Shown: positions 49,111-60,254, numbered from the stretch's first letter. The stretch: DNA of 64,000 nt from Pseudomonadota bacterium (GCA_039799905.1 JBDLRP010000026.1:64001-128000); one strand, 5' to 3'. The notes: generated by a model not told the origin, from the letters alone. Numbers and translations: made by a program.

Positions 49111-51873
49111 TCAGACTTTTGCCTGAGCGTCTTCCGGAGCGGGCTTAGCAGGCAAGGATTGCTTCAAAAGCTCTTTAAGCTCAGCCAAGTCCTTCTCCAA
49201 TTTAACGGTTTTTTCACGCAGCTCGCCCAATTCACTCAACTTTTCCGAACCAGCCTGAGCAGAGAGTTTTCGCAGGAAGCGGTCCTGACTGCGGCGGGCA
49301 CGCGGAATCAACATCGACAGCAAACCATAATTTTTTCGGTGAATGTACGATTCAAATGAGCCGGCCAGGGCACCATCCTGCGATTCAACCCAGATTTCCG
49401 GGAGCGCGGCAACAAGACGCACGGGATGCTTTCTATCAGCATATTGTTGCAACAACGGCCGTGTTTCACTGCGCGCTTCGGGAAAGCGCGCCGAAAGTGT
49501 GCCGGCAGCCTTGAGGGCGGCATTGCGCACTCGGTAGGGCAACAGATGGTTATCGACCATCTCCTGCAATCCGCTCAGATCGGAAGGCTGCACCAATTCA
49601 CCAATCAAGCGCAGAGCCGCAGATTCAACGATGCCCAAATGAGTTGTCCCGCCGGCGAGTGTCCAGGCCCAGGCAGACAATGCCTTTCGTGAATCCTGTT
49701 GCCGCAGCGTTGGTGACTTTTTCAACAGGTCGACAATTCCACCGAGGGCAGCGTCACGGACATTCAGAGGCTCGGCAGCCTGCGATGCAATTTCTTTCAA
49801 CTGATCTAGCCACTCAACTTTATTGCGCAGCGCACTCTGACTCACAGCTGTAATCCAAGAGGTACGCGCCATCGGATGCCGCTCGACAGATGCCGTCAGC
49901 ACTTCTGCCGCGAAATCCGGATTCGTATCCGCAAGCATGAGATATGCACTGGCACGTGCACGCCACAGCTGTTCACCCTTGAGCCAGTTCAGAACAAGCT
50001 CGCTGACTCCTGCCGGAACGTAACCGTCAACCAACGATTTGGCAGCGAGATACTTGAAATAACTCAACGGCCCAGTGCAAGTGCCAGTCGAAAGCACTGC
50101 CTTCGCCCATTCCTTGGAAATCTTTTGTTTGACAGAACCAACCATCGTGCAATTTGGGTCGACGATTGCAAAAGAAACAGGCCGCTTGCAACTGAGAAGA
50201 ATTTTCTCGTCTGTTTTACTGACCAGCAGATTTCTTTCCTCGCCGGTTCCATCTTCAAACTGAATGAAGATCTTTGTCTGAAATTCAGCCGGTTCTTTGT
50301 CGTCGGCACGGACTTGCTTCTGGACGAGAGCGACCTCTAATCCATTGGAAATTGAATCCGACTTGCTGACCTCTGCCTCAAGCTCAATGTGACCTGCACG
50401 GAAAACAAATGTGTCGAAGAACTTTCGCGCATTGAATCCTGTCGACTCTTCGATGGAGCGAATGAGATCCTGAGTGGATACGGGGCTGAACTGATGTTTC
50501 GTCAGGTAGTAACCGACCGCTCTTCGGAATGCATCTTCGCCGATTGTGTCGCGCAGATGATTGAGCACCAGCGCACCCTTGTCATACAGATGCGCATCGA
50601 AAATCTCAGACACAAACTCAAATTGATTGAAGACAATCGGCCGCTGATAGGTTTTGGACTCCTCAAGATATCCTTCTTGAAAATTTTCCTTCAGATAAAA
50701 AATCCCGGCAGCCTTTCCGTTGCAGTGCTCTTCCCAAAGAACTTCCGAGTGCGTCGCAAAACCCTCGTTGAGCCAGCCTTCCGACCAGGTTTCGCACGTC
50801 ACTGTGTCACCGAACCACTGATGCGCAAGTTCATGCATCACCAGAAAGTGGCGCGACTCACTGCCAACCATGAACTCCTGCGGACCAATGACGTTGTCGG
50901 TGTTGAACGTGGCAGTCGTGTTTTCCATTCCGCCGTATAGAAAATCGGCAACAAAAGCCTGTCCGTACTTGCTCCACGGATATTCATATCCCCAGTAGTT
51001 GGAGTAGAATTCCATCATTTTCGCCGTGTCGTTGGCGAGCGTCGCCGCCGTCTCGGAGAATTTCTGAGGAACAAGCACACTGACGTCACGACCGCGCCAT
51101 GCGATTTTGTGTTCATGAAATTCACCGCAGGCGAATGCAACCAGATACGGCGCGTGAGGATGTCGCAGAATCCACTCCTGCGTCCGCCAGCCGCCCTCAA
51201 CCATATCACTGACGCATTGGCCGTTTCCGAGTCCCTTCCATGCCGCAGGAAAGCTGAGCCGCTGCAGAACGGTCATCTTCATTCGAGGATCATCCTGACA
51301 AGGAAACCAGAACGGTGAATCAGTGTCCTGCCCTTGAGTCCAGATGCAATCGTAGGCCGCATCGGTCGTTCTCTTTTTGTGGACAAAATACAGACCAGCA
51401 TTGGGACGGGTGATTGTATAATGAATTTTTGCAACCACGAGCTGCCCCTGCCGCAAGGGCTCGTCAAAACGCATTCCCAGCACTGCGTCGTCATATTCAA
51501 AGCTGACGGGTTTGAATGAAAGGGCTTCAATGGCGTGCGGAGCACTGATGTCGAATGCAGAAACCCGTGCAAACTGAACGTCGTGAATCTGCATCTCGCG
51601 TGCATCGAACGTCGCCTGAGCGGCTCCTTCGGACATCGCCCTAACAACAACATACGCATAGGCTTCGAACTGGTCGTCATCGAAGTTGAAGCGCCCTGCC
51701 AGAGTCAGGTGAATTTGTCGGCAGTATCGATGTGGTTCGTAGTATTGCTTTGCAGATTTGAGTGCCGGGAAGTTTTTTGCTGCAGAGGTCTGACTCGCTG
51801 TTCCCGACCCGCTGGGCAGACGCTCACGTCTGCGAGCTTCAAGCATTTTCTCCAAATGAGAACCCAAAATCAT
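49111..51873 (-). CDS. M1 family zinc aminopeptidase with helical-repeat C-terminus
   Basis: WFPC.D.P, GGMEN, HELAHQWFGD, WLNEGFA, YDKG. GGAGGAG RBS before ATG 51873. Confidence 0.93.
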   Translation of the reverse strand: MILGSHLEKMLEARRRERLPSGSGTASQTSAAKNFPALKSAKQYYEPHRYCRQIHLTLAGRFNFDDDQFEAYAYVVVRAMSEGAAQATFDAREMQIHDVQFARVSAFDISAPHAIEALSFKPVSFEYDDAVLGMRFDEPLRQGQLVVAKIHYTITRPNAGLYFVHKKRTTDAAYDCIWTQGQDTDSPFWFPCQDDPRMKMTVLQRLSFPAAWKGLGNGQCVSDMVEGGWRTQEWILRHPHAPYLVAFACGEFHEHKIAWRGRDVSVLVPQKFSETAATLANDTAKMMEFYSNYWGYEYPWSKYGQAFVADFLYGGMENTTATFNTDNVIGPQEFMVGSESRHFLVMHELAHQWFGDTVTCETWSEGWLNEGFATHSEVLWEEHCNGKAAGIFYLKENFQEGYLEESKTYQRPIVFNQFEFVSEIFDAHLYDKGALVLNHLRDTIGEDAFRRAVGYYLTKHQFSPVSTQDLIRSIEESTGFNARKFFDTFVFRAGHIELEAEVSKSDSISNGLEVALVQKQVRADDKEPAEFQTKIFIQFEDGTGEERNLLVSKTDEKILLSCKRPVSFAIVDPNCTMVGSVKQKISKEWAKAVLSTGTCTGPLSYFKYLAAKSLVDGYVPAGVSELVLNWLKGEQLWRARASAYLMLADTNPDFAAEVLTASVERHPMARTSWITAVSQSALRNKVEWLDQLKEIASQAAEPLNVRDAALGGIVDLLKKSPTLRQQDSRKALSAWAWTLAGGTTHLGIVESAALRLIGELVQPSDLSGLQEMVDNHLLPYRVRNAALKAAGTLSARFPEARSETRPLLQQYADRKHPVRLVAALPEIWVESQDGALAGSFESYIHRKNYGLLSMLIPRARRSQDRFLRKLSAQAGSEKLSELGELREKTVKLEKDLAELKELLKQSLPAKPAPEDAQAKV

Positions 51874-52029
51874 GGCCGACTCCTCCAGACTCAAAATCAG
51901 TGACAAACACTGTGTCCTGTAACCCTGCTCTGGCTGCAGCTGCAAGAACCCGAGGGCATTTTGCCGGCCCCTGCAAAGTGTGCTACCAGTCGGGTAAACA
52001 GAAGACTTTTGACCTCGGAGGTCGTTTTC

Positions 52030-53448
52030 ATGCGACTGATACTTGCCAAAAAACTCCTTGCGGGTCTGTGGATGACCGTTCTGACAAGCTCAGTGACGTC
52101 GTCCTTTGCCGCTGCCGACGCGCGGGCAGATACCTTCAAATCACTTGACAGCGACAGTGCGGATCATTCCTGCCAAATCGTACTCCGCCAGGCAGAGTTG
52201 AAGCGCGATTCAAATGGTCAGCCGCAAACCGAGACTGATGCTTCAGGAGTCACTTGGTACGTGTTTGAAAGCACGGTCGACGTGGCCATCGCCCCGCTGT
52301 CGACGGGCACGTCTGTCTACCTGCTCTACCGGAACTCCGAAGATCCGCTTTGGCATGTTGCCCCGGGCTTAACTATCGAAGGCGCACCTAAGGGTATGCA
52401 AAGACTGTCCTTCCGCATTCATGAAGGCACACTGCCAGCAGCATCCGGACCATCAGCACTTCCCAGCAGCAGCAAAAAACTCCATATTATTCCGTTCCTG
52501 CAAACCGCCGATGGTCGGAGGATCTTCGATCACAACTCTAGCCTGTCGACCTCCGACAGCCTTGTCATCGACTCCTCCAACAAATGGAGCATCAATACGC
52601 CGCCAACGCTGTGCCCATCCGCTGGACGTGGCTCGGGAACTCTCAGGTTTTTGGGAAATTGGACAATGGACCAGCGCGGCCTTCCACAACCCGGCCATTC
52701 ACTCGTCGTGGAATATGACCTTGCACGCCTGCCACAGTGCCATTCATCCAGCTATAACGGACTTCCGGCATGGCAGACCGATGCCTCAATCCGATTTTTC
52801 CCGAACGGCGAAGAGTACAGCGCATCACTCAACTCCCTGCAGAATGGCAAAATGGTCGCCACCCCCGCCCGCTTCGAAATTCCAGCGGAGGCGACCCATG
52901 CACAAGTCTGGTTCAAAACCCGCGGAAGAAATTGTGAAGCCGTATGGGACAGCAACTATGGCCGCAACTACGAATTCAGCCTGCGCGCCGATGTTGCATC
53001 TTCGCCTTCGTGGGCGGGCCAGTGGCGTCTCGGTCGCAGCACCGGACAGTGCCAGTCTGTAAGTCAGTTTGATTCATTGCCTGAAGAAGTCACCTTTTCA
53101 GAAGGAGAACTCAAATCCTGTAAGGTCATCGAAGCTGAAGTACTCGTCCCCGGCTTGACCACTGCAGTTGAAACCTCACCCGAAGCGATACAGGCGCAAG
53201 TCCGCTGGTCGCTGGATGGCGTGACGCAACAGCCCGTGTGGCTGACTTTCGCGGGCAGAAGCGGACAAAACTTCCGCTACCGGTGGACTATCCCAAGCGA
53301 ATTCTTATCAAAATACTCTTGGCGAAAGATCGAATATTCATTCCAATTTTCGACCGACGGCCTCTTCTGGCTTGCAGCCGGACGGTCAAACAACCGCCAG
53401 AACGGCACAGTGCATCCCAGAACTATCGAATACCGAGCTGTTCCATAA
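52030..53448 (+). CDS. Secreted DUF6209-like protein
   Basis: Signal peptide, CQIVLR, VEYDLARLPQC...NGLPAW, WDSNYGRNYEF. GGAGG RBS. Confidence 0.7.
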   Translation: MRLILAKKLLAGLWMTVLTSSVTSSFAAADARADTFKSLDSDSADHSCQIVLRQAELKRDSNGQPQTETDASGVTWYVFESTVDVAIAPLSTGTSVYLLYRNSEDPLWHVAPGLTIEGAPKGMQRLSFRIHEGTLPAASGPSALPSSSKKLHIIPFLQTADGRRIFDHNSSLSTSDSLVIDSSNKWSINTPPTLCPSAGRGSGTLRFLGNWTMDQRGLPQPGHSLVVEYDLARLPQCHSSSYNGLPAWQTDASIRFFPNGEEYSASLNSLQNGKMVATPARFEIPAEATHAQVWFKTRGRNCEAVWDSNYGRNYEFSLRADVASSPSWAGQWRLGRSTGQCQSVSQFDSLPEEVTFSEGELKSCKVIEAEVLVPGLTTAVETSPEAIQAQVRWSLDGVTQQPVWLTFAGRSGQNFRYRWTIPSEFLSKYSWRKIEYSFQFSTDGLFWLAAGRSNNRQNGTVHPRTIEYRAVP

Positions 53449-53474
53449 AACACGCAGAGTTTCGGAGAACGAAA

Positions 53475-55799
53475 ATGAACGCTTTGCCGCTCCTCCGCAA
53501 GTCGACTCAATTCTTCTCAGCGTTGTTCATTTGCATTGTTGCAAGTTCGAACGCCCATGCTTTTGATTCCGGCAGCTATACCACTTCCGGCTCGCGCGCA
53601 TTGGCCGACTCCAACTCAAGTGGTGATTCACTGCTTGCAGGCGACAACAAAATCCTCATCAGTCGCGGCCAAAACTCATACGCACTGCGTCTTCCGAAAG
53701 TCTTTGCGAACGAGCCCTCCGTCGTCACCGGTGCTCTGCTTGAGCGCACGAAATCGCAGGAGAGTGCCACCACTGCATACATTTGCTCTCAGACTCACAT
53801 GTCGAAACTGATGGTCACAGAAGGTGGACTCACGGCCTCAAGTTCGACGGAGTTGACAAAACTCCTCGGCCTCAAGGGCGCGCGCGATTTGCGCTGCGCA
53901 GTTGACCGCAAAGGGCGCAATCTTATCGCACTGAATCTGAAAAACGGGGCAGCGCGTTTATTTGCCCTTGAAGCCAGTGGCTCAAGCGTTACACAGAACA
54001 TCAACCTGCCAAAAATTTCCGGTCGCTGGACTCATGTCGTTCACGTCGGCGAGATGTATGTTGCCTTCTCAGATACTGGAGCCGCAGCAGCTATCGAGGC
54101 TGCCGCACAAAATGGCCAACAGGTTCGTCTTATCCGATCGCCATGGAGCGAGCTCGACTCACACGACACACTTTCCAGCAATGGCCGGCAACTCCTAAGA
54201 GCGGGCGAATCGCAGGTCAGCCTCACTTCGCTGCAGGCAGGGGAACAAAATCCCGCATGGACTGCACTGAGCAGAATCAGCATTAGCCCTTGCTCAGAGT
54301 CGGGCGGCTGTGGCGCATGGATTTCTCCCGAGGGTCAATGGATCGTTTCCGGCTCATGGGGCACTTATTCGGGACTGGGGCAGCAATTTTCTCGGCTGAA
54401 TGTGCCGCTCGTCATGAGCGACTCGACCAGCCCCGGAGTGGCGCTCGTGCCCGCACGTAACGGTTATCTCCTGATCGGCGACGTCGAGGCGGACGTCGGA
54501 ACTTTGCCTGCCGCAGTGACTCTCTTTCGGCAGCATTCACACCGGATGAGCGCGACGAACGAATCAAGAAGCCTGAGGCCAAACAGGTACATCGTCTGGT
54601 TAAAAGGTCGAGTAAGCGATTTGGCTGAGCAATTTGCGGGCGAAAGCCGTCTGCCTGAGCCGTTGTTCCGCTACAACATCCATGGCGAGCGCAACGCACT
54701 CGAAGGTGACGTTATCGTCGTTGAAGGAAAGATTCCACAAAGACTTCCCGCCCATTGGGCCGCCGCAGAGGCTCAGGTCGAATTCGCTCCGCTGACAATG
54801 ACCAGCGAGTGGACACCAGCTTCACGCAGCTCATTCACGACACCGCCGCAAACCAGCTGGTGGAGTGATTCTCTGAAATTCAAACAAGCCGTCCTCGAGT
54901 TGCAAGGCAACAAAATCCAGCCCCAAAAGGTGACTGTTGCAGTCATTGATAGCGGTGCCGACACGAGCCACCCCGCTCTGCAGGGCATTTTTCAAATCAA
55001 TCAAGACGAGGTGCCTGCAAACGGTGTCGACGACGACGCCAACGGACTTGTCGATGACGTCATTGGGTATGACTTCATTAGTGAACAAGCATCGCCAGAT
55101 GACCCCTTTGGTCACGGCACGCATGTGGCGGGTTTGCTGAGGAATCTTTGGTCATCAAAAGGAATTCTCGGAGGCGCATTCAATGCAGAGCTGAGAATTT
55201 TCCGCGCCCTTGATGCCAAAGGAAAAAGCAACAGCGTCGATCTCGCACGTGCAATCTCGGCAGCAATCCGCAGTCGGGTAGACATTATGAACTGCTCATG
55301 GGGTGGCGGCCCCGAAACTCAAGTCCTGAAGGACGCTTTCGCCGCAGCACGGGCTTCAGAAATGCTGATTTTTTCATCGGCGGGCAACGATGCAATCAAC
55401 ACCGACAAATTCCCGCAGGTGCCGAAAAAATTCCCTGGCATTTTGTCAATCGGAGCGGCGTCGGCGGAACTGTCACGCGCAAGATTCAGCAACTGGGGTG
55501 TCAACTCCGTGTATCTGTTTGCACCCGGCACAGACATCCTGAGCACACTGCCCGATGGTCGTCTCGGCGAAAAATCGGGCACTAGCATGGCGTCGCCGAT
55601 TGCGGCCTCTGTTGGTGCACTTGTTTTTGGAACTTTGCGTGCCAAATACCCCGAATGGTCACGCGCACAACAAATCAAGGCAACGGAGGACATCCTTTGT
55701 GGTAGTTCGGACAAGAACCGTCTGGCTGCACCAAACTCAAAATGTGGTTCCATTAATGCTTTAAATGCGATCCGGACAACTTTGGAGGAGGTTCGGTGA
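53475..55799 (+). CDS. Secreted S8 subtilisin-like peptidase with long N-terminal beta-rich region
   Basis: Signal AHA-F, VIDSG, NGVDDDANG.VDD..GYDF, HGTHVAG, SAGN, GTSMASP. Confidence 0.9.
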   Translation: MNALPLLRKSTQFFSALFICIVASSNAHAFDSGSYTTSGSRALADSNSSGDSLLAGDNKILISRGQNSYALRLPKVFANEPSVVTGALLERTKSQESATTAYICSQTHMSKLMVTEGGLTASSSTELTKLLGLKGARDLRCAVDRKGRNLIALNLKNGAARLFALEASGSSVTQNINLPKISGRWTHVVHVGEMYVAFSDTGAAAAIEAAAQNGQQVRLIRSPWSELDSHDTLSSNGRQLLRAGESQVSLTSLQAGEQNPAWTALSRISISPCSESGGCGAWISPEGQWIVSGSWGTYSGLGQQFSRLNVPLVMSDSTSPGVALVPARNGYLLIGDVEADVGTLPAAVTLFRQHSHRMSATNESRSLRPNRYIVWLKGRVSDLAEQFAGESRLPEPLFRYNIHGERNALEGDVIVVEGKIPQRLPAHWAAAEAQVEFAPLTMTSEWTPASRSSFTTPPQTSWWSDSLKFKQAVLELQGNKIQPQKVTVAVIDSGADTSHPALQGIFQINQDEVPANGVDDDANGLVDDVIGYDFISEQASPDDPFGHGTHVAGLLRNLWSSKGILGGAFNAELRIFRALDAKGKSNSVDLARAISAAIRSRVDIMNCSWGGGPETQVLKDAFAAARASEMLIFSSAGNDAINTDKFPQVPKKFPGILSIGAASAELSRARFSNWGVNSVYLFAPGTDILSTLPDGRLGEKSGTSMASPIAASVGALVFGTLRAKYPEWSRAQQIKATEDILCGSSDKNRLAAPNSKCGSINALNAIRTTLEEVR

Positions 55800-55875
55800 C
55801 TTGCGTTCAGGCAGGCAGTCAAGTACCAAATTTGGGCATATAAATTCATTTCACTGATTAGATTTTGGAGTCACC

Positions 55876-57000
55876 ATGGCCAAGCTGGTCATCAAGGATC
55901 TGAACAAGGTCTACGAAAACAAAGTTGAGGTTCTGAAAAACGTCAACATCGAGGCCGCGCACGGAGAGTTTCTTGTCCTTGTCGGGCCATCAGGATGCGG
56001 CAAATCGACACTCCTGCGGATGATTGCCGGGCTCGAAGATGTGACGTCGGGTAACATCCAAATCGGCGATCGGGTCGTGAATGAACTCGCCCCCGCTGAA
56101 CGTGACATTGCAATGGTATTTCAGGACTACGCGCTCTATCCGCACATGACAGTGCGCGAAAATTTGAGCTTCGGACTGCGCATCAAGAAAAGACCGCAAG
56201 ACGAAATCGATGAGCGCGTTCAAACTGCAGGCAAGATGCTCAACATCGACCATCTTCTCGATCGCAAACCAAGCCAACTTTCGGGCGGACAACGCCAACG
56301 CGTGGCCATTGGCCGTGCTATCGTCCGCAAGCCCGCTCTGTTTTTGTTTGACGAGCCGCTCTCCAACCTCGATGCTCAGCTGCGCAGCCAGACCCGCATC
56401 GAGCTTGCTGCACTGCATCAAAAAGTCGGCGCCACGGTTGTCTATGTGACACACGATCAGGTGGAAGCCATGACGCTGGCAGACCGCATCGCAGTGCTCA
56501 ACAAGGGCCGCGTGCAACAACTCGGCTCTCCGCTTGAGCTCTACAATAACCCAGTGAACACCTTCGTTGCGGCATTTATCGGTAACCCCAGCATGAATTT
56601 CTTCAAAGGACAGCTGGACGTTTCGGGCGGACGCAAAACCTTTACATTCAACGGTCTGAGTTTCGACCTGTCGGATGCGCCGACCCCGAAAACCTCGGGC
56701 AACTACACTCTTGGTCTGCGTCCCGAATCACTTAAAGTTCTGGCCAAAGAAGGACGTGAGTCGGAAGGGCGTACCGATTGCACGCCAAAAGTATTGCTCG
56801 TGGAACCGCACGGGCATGAGACTCATCTCGTGGCCACGATTGGGGGTCAGCAGGTGATCATTCGGTCAGCAAACCCCAAACGCCTGCAAGTCATGGAAAC
56901 AGCCGTACGCGGCTCGGAACTTGCAACCACTATTGATCGCAAAGCACTGCATTGGTTCGACTCCACGGAAGAAGGCGGACGCGTGAATGAATTGGTTTAA
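55876..57000 (+). CDS. Sugar ABC transporter ATP-binding protein (MalK/MsmX/UgpC type)
   Basis: [46 protein letters not shown]. Confidence 0.96.
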   Translation: MAKLVIKDLNKVYENKVEVLKNVNIEAAHGEFLVLVGPSGCGKSTLLRMIAGLEDVTSGNIQIGDRVVNELAPAERDIAMVFQDYALYPHMTVRENLSFGLRIKKRPQDEIDERVQTAGKMLNIDHLLDRKPSQLSGGQRQRVAIGRAIVRKPALFLFDEPLSNLDAQLRSQTRIELAALHQKVGATVVYVTHDQVEAMTLADRIAVLNKGRVQQLGSPLELYNNPVNTFVAAFIGNPSMNFFKGQLDVSGGRKTFTFNGLSFDLSDAPTPKTSGNYTLGLRPESLKVLAKEGRESEGRTDCTPKVLLVEPHGHETHLVATIGGQQVIIRSANPKRLQVMETAVRGSELATTIDRKALHWFDSTEEGGRVNELV

Positions 57001-60000
57001 CAATACTCTCGAGCATAAGTCAGGGTTCAGATTTTCAATTATTGTCGCGACACTGATCGCAGCCCTGAGCGGCTGCCGATCGTCGTCGGCACCGATCTCG
57101 GGTGCGCGGCTGAGTCAGCTGGCTGCTACGAGCGAGCCCACGTATCTTTGGGGGCAGCTCGCGACAGAAGCCGAACCCTCTGCAGAATTGCAGCGACTGC
57201 GCCGAAATCAGCGCGGCAATGTCAACAACAACGCAGAACTTCCGCAACTTGAAATTCAAACAAAAATGATTGGGGAAAGCGGTGAGCAGGAACTGAGCTT
57301 TCGTGCGCACCAAGGAGCGAAAGTATTCTATACGCTCGACGGCTCCATTCCAATTGTCACCGGCATGCGTCCGCAGGGAAGCACGAAAACTTTCAATGCC
57401 AATGAAAGAATCTCGCAGCCGACGCTGGTCCGCGCGATCGCCGTAGATCAACGCGGTGTGGCCTCTTATTTGCGTTCGGCAATCGTTACGCCCAAACGTG
57501 CCGATTTCAAGCTGAGCAAACTGCCGCCGCAGAGCAAACAGGTGAAGGCTGTTTACGTCACCGGCTCATTTCGCGGCTGGTCGACCGGATTCGACGACAA
57601 CTATCGCCTGACACCGCAGACGGATGGCTCATTTCAGCGCACGGTTTTGCTCGATCGCACCCATGAGGTCCTCTATAAGTTTGTCGTCCGCTATGAAGAC
57701 GAAACGTTCTCTTGGCTCGCCGACGGCAGTCAGCCACAAAGTGGATTAGCACCCTACAACAACAACATTCTTCTCTCGCCGCGGGCACAGCTCGCCAAGT
57801 CGTTTATCGGCAAGAAAGATGGCCTGCTTGATGAGGCGGCCATTGACCTGAGCATGCAGTCGGTGGCTGCGATTGATGCAGGTGAGCGTGTTGTCAGATT
57901 CAAACTGAAAATGTTCGAAGGCGACGCTGAGAGTGTGTCTGTCGCGTTCTCGGATGGTCAGCAGATGGCGCTCGCTCCGCAATCTTCCTACACCGTCGAT
58001 TCGCTGCGTTACACCGTGTACTCAGGCTTGCTGACGCTGCCCGAGAGTTCGATCCGTTCGTCTTTCGTGGTGAAAGCCAAAGACAACGAAAATGTATTCC
58101 GTATCGGCCGCGCGGGAATCATCACCGGCGACCCGTTCTCCTCTGCGCAGCGTCCAAACACCTTCGATTTCAACTACAACTCCGTTACACAACAAATCAA
58201 CGGGGAAGACCTCTACCAAGTGCCGCTGTGGTCGGTCGATGCGACTTGGTATCAAATTTTTCCAGAACGTTTCCGTAACGGAGATGTTTCGAACGACGTC
58301 CTCGGCGAGTTTCCGACGGAATGGGAAAAGAGCCGTCCTGCGCTTTCGCGCCTCGACAGAACGATTTCTCCATGGACAGGAAGCTGGTTCAGCTTCACTC
58401 CAGTCGAAAAGAATATGGAGCGCATCGTCAGGCAAACCCAGCCTGAGCTCGACCCGCGCGAGATTCAACGACAGATTATTTTTACCCGCCGCTATGGCGG
58501 CGACCTGCGCGGTGTGAAGGACGCCCTTCCCTATTTGAAGGCGCTGGGCATCACCGGAGTGTACTTCAATCCGGTTTTCGACTCGGATTCGCTGCATCGC
58601 TACGACACTAAAGACTACCGCCATGTCGACCCGAAACTTGGGCCAATGACGGTTGGCGCAGACGGCAAACCCGATCTGTACGAAGACGACAAAAAGCTGC
58701 TTGCCGCTGAAAAACTCGATGACCCGTCGACCTGGAAATACACACGCGCCGACAAGGAATTCATGGCGCTGGTCACCGAACTGCAGGCAAATGGCATCCG
58801 TGTTGTGATTGACGGAGTTTTCAACCATTCGGCCACAGACGGGCCGCTGGTTGAGGACATTGCACGGCGTGGCCGCGCGTCTCCGTACTACGACTGGTTT
58901 GCCACTTCGTACGAAGGTGAGGCGAATTATTATGCACGCTCCTGCCAGCTGTCCGAATTCTACCCCGACGCCGGCGAGTTTCCATTTGCAAGCAAAATCC
59001 GCTTTGACTCGTGGGCCGGCTTTTGTCCGCTGATCAATCACCGTCAAGGCTTTCCAAACGGCGCTTTGCATCCCGGATTGCAGAAACATATTTTCGCAGT
59101 CGTGGATCGCTGGTTTGAACCAAAGAACATCGACGGAATTCAGTTCAACGGCGTGGACGGAATTCGCCTCGACGTGTACGCAGACGTCCCAGTGTCTTTT
59201 TGGCGGCTTTTCAGAAAGCATCTGAAGAGCGTCAAGCGTGACGCTTTGATCATCGCCGAAGACTGGTACGACGGCTTTGACATGCTGCAGGGCGACCAAG
59301 CCGACGGCATCATGAACTATCGCGCGCGCACTCTGGCCGAGAGCTGGTTCATCAACCCCGACCAGCGCAACAAGTTCACACCCAGCGCCGCGCAGAACTT
59401 CCTTGAGACTCGTCTGAACGGTTACCGCGAGCACATCAAACATGCGCTCTGGACGATGCTCGACAGTCACGACACAGACCGCTTCCTGAGCAAAACTATC
59501 TGGCAAAACCGCTGGCTTTCAACCCGCCCGCAGGATGGCAACAGCTGGGACAACGATACGGTCAACAAACCTGACCGTGGTGCGCTGTATTCCAACGACA
59601 AACCCGGTTTGCTGGAAAAAGAGTTTTACAAGGGGATGGTCGCATTTCAAATGGCTTACGTCGGAGCACCAGTCGTATATTACGGTGCTGAAATTGGCAT
59701 GTGGGGAGCGGACGATCCGACCTGCCGCAAACCGATGGTCTGGGACGACCTGAGCGCCGGACAATTCGAAACACAGTGCGTCACGCACCCCGGTGCATGG
59801 TGCCTCGAAAACACTGGCGTGAAGTTTTCTTCTGAAGCCGACAAAGACATGCTCGCCGTCCACAAGCGCATCATCAAAGCGCGCAACGAACATCCCGCAT
59901 TGCGCAGAGGCAAGTTGAACTCATCGCTGTCGCTTGTTGTCAACGGACAAGCCGTTTCGGTCGGCAGTCCGAGTGCCGACTGGACTTGGCTGTGGGGTTT

Positions 60001-60214
60001 CGAACGCGCCTTCGGCGACTCGAACTTCGCATACTTCCTCTCCAACGAACTGATGAGCAAAGATGCCCAAACAGTTTTGTTGCAAACGCGCTTTACTCCG
60101 GAAAAAGAAGCAGTTGAGCTTGTCTCGGGACGTTCATACCCTGTAGATGAAAGAGGTCGCATCAGTGTGACGATCGGGCGCGAACGGGCTGTGCTGTTCG
60201 TCCAACCCCGGTAA
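56987..60214 (+). CDS. Multidomain GH13 alpha-amylase/neopullulanase-like lipoprotein
   Basis: LSGC lipobox, FYTLDGS.P, VYVTGSF.GW...YKF, YQIFPERF.NGD, DGVFNH, GIRLDV, AEDW, LDSHD. Confidence 0.92.
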   Translation: MNWFNNTLEHKSGFRFSIIVATLIAALSGCRSSSAPISGARLSQLAATSEPTYLWGQLATEAEPSAELQRLRRNQRGNVNNNAELPQLEIQTKMIGESGEQELSFRAHQGAKVFYTLDGSIPIVTGMRPQGSTKTFNANERISQPTLVRAIAVDQRGVASYLRSAIVTPKRADFKLSKLPPQSKQVKAVYVTGSFRGWSTGFDDNYRLTPQTDGSFQRTVLLDRTHEVLYKFVVRYEDETFSWLADGSQPQSGLAPYNNNILLSPRAQLAKSFIGKKDGLLDEAAIDLSMQSVAAIDAGERVVRFKLKMFEGDAESVSVAFSDGQQMALAPQSSYTVDSLRYTVYSGLLTLPESSIRSSFVVKAKDNENVFRIGRAGIITGDPFSSAQRPNTFDFNYNSVTQQINGEDLYQVPLWSVDATWYQIFPERFRNGDVSNDVLGEFPTEWEKSRPALSRLDRTISPWTGSWFSFTPVEKNMERIVRQTQPELDPREIQRQIIFTRRYGGDLRGVKDALPYLKALGITGVYFNPVFDSDSLHRYDTKDYRHVDPKLGPMTVGADGKPDLYEDDKKLLAAEKLDDPSTWKYTRADKEFMALVTELQANGIRVVIDGVFNHSATDGPLVEDIARRGRASPYYDWFATSYEGEANYYARSCQLSEFYPDAGEFPFASKIRFDSWAGFCPLINHRQGFPNGALHPGLQKHIFAVVDRWFEPKNIDGIQFNGVDGIRLDVYADVPVSFWRLFRKHLKSVKRDALIIAEDWYDGFDMLQGDQADGIMNYRARTLAESWFINPDQRNKFTPSAAQNFLETRLNGYREHIKHALWTMLDSHDTDRFLSKTIWQNRWLSTRPQDGNSWDNDTVNKPDRGALYSNDKPGLLEKEFYKGMVAFQMAYVGAPVVYYGAEIGMWGADDPTCRKPMVWDDLSAGQFETQCVTHPGAWCLENTGVKFSSEADKDMLAVHKRIIKARNEHPALRRGKLNSSLSLVVNGQAVSVGSPSADWTWLWGFERAFGDSNFAYFLSNELMSKDAQTVLLQTRFTPEKEAVELVSGRSYPVDERGRISVTIGRERAVLFVQPR

Positions 60215-60254
60215 GCCGACTGCGGCACCACTATTTGCAGGAAGGACTAACAAC

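Noticed and set aside
49088..49114. GCCGATCC box upstream of the adenylate cyclase, and similar boxes near 3081 and 46025
   Set aside because: Good -10 but no convincing -35, so not listed as promoters.
58022..59506. 494-aa minus-strand ORF
   Set aside because: Lies wholly antisense to the GH13 catalytic domain and is explained by codon bias.
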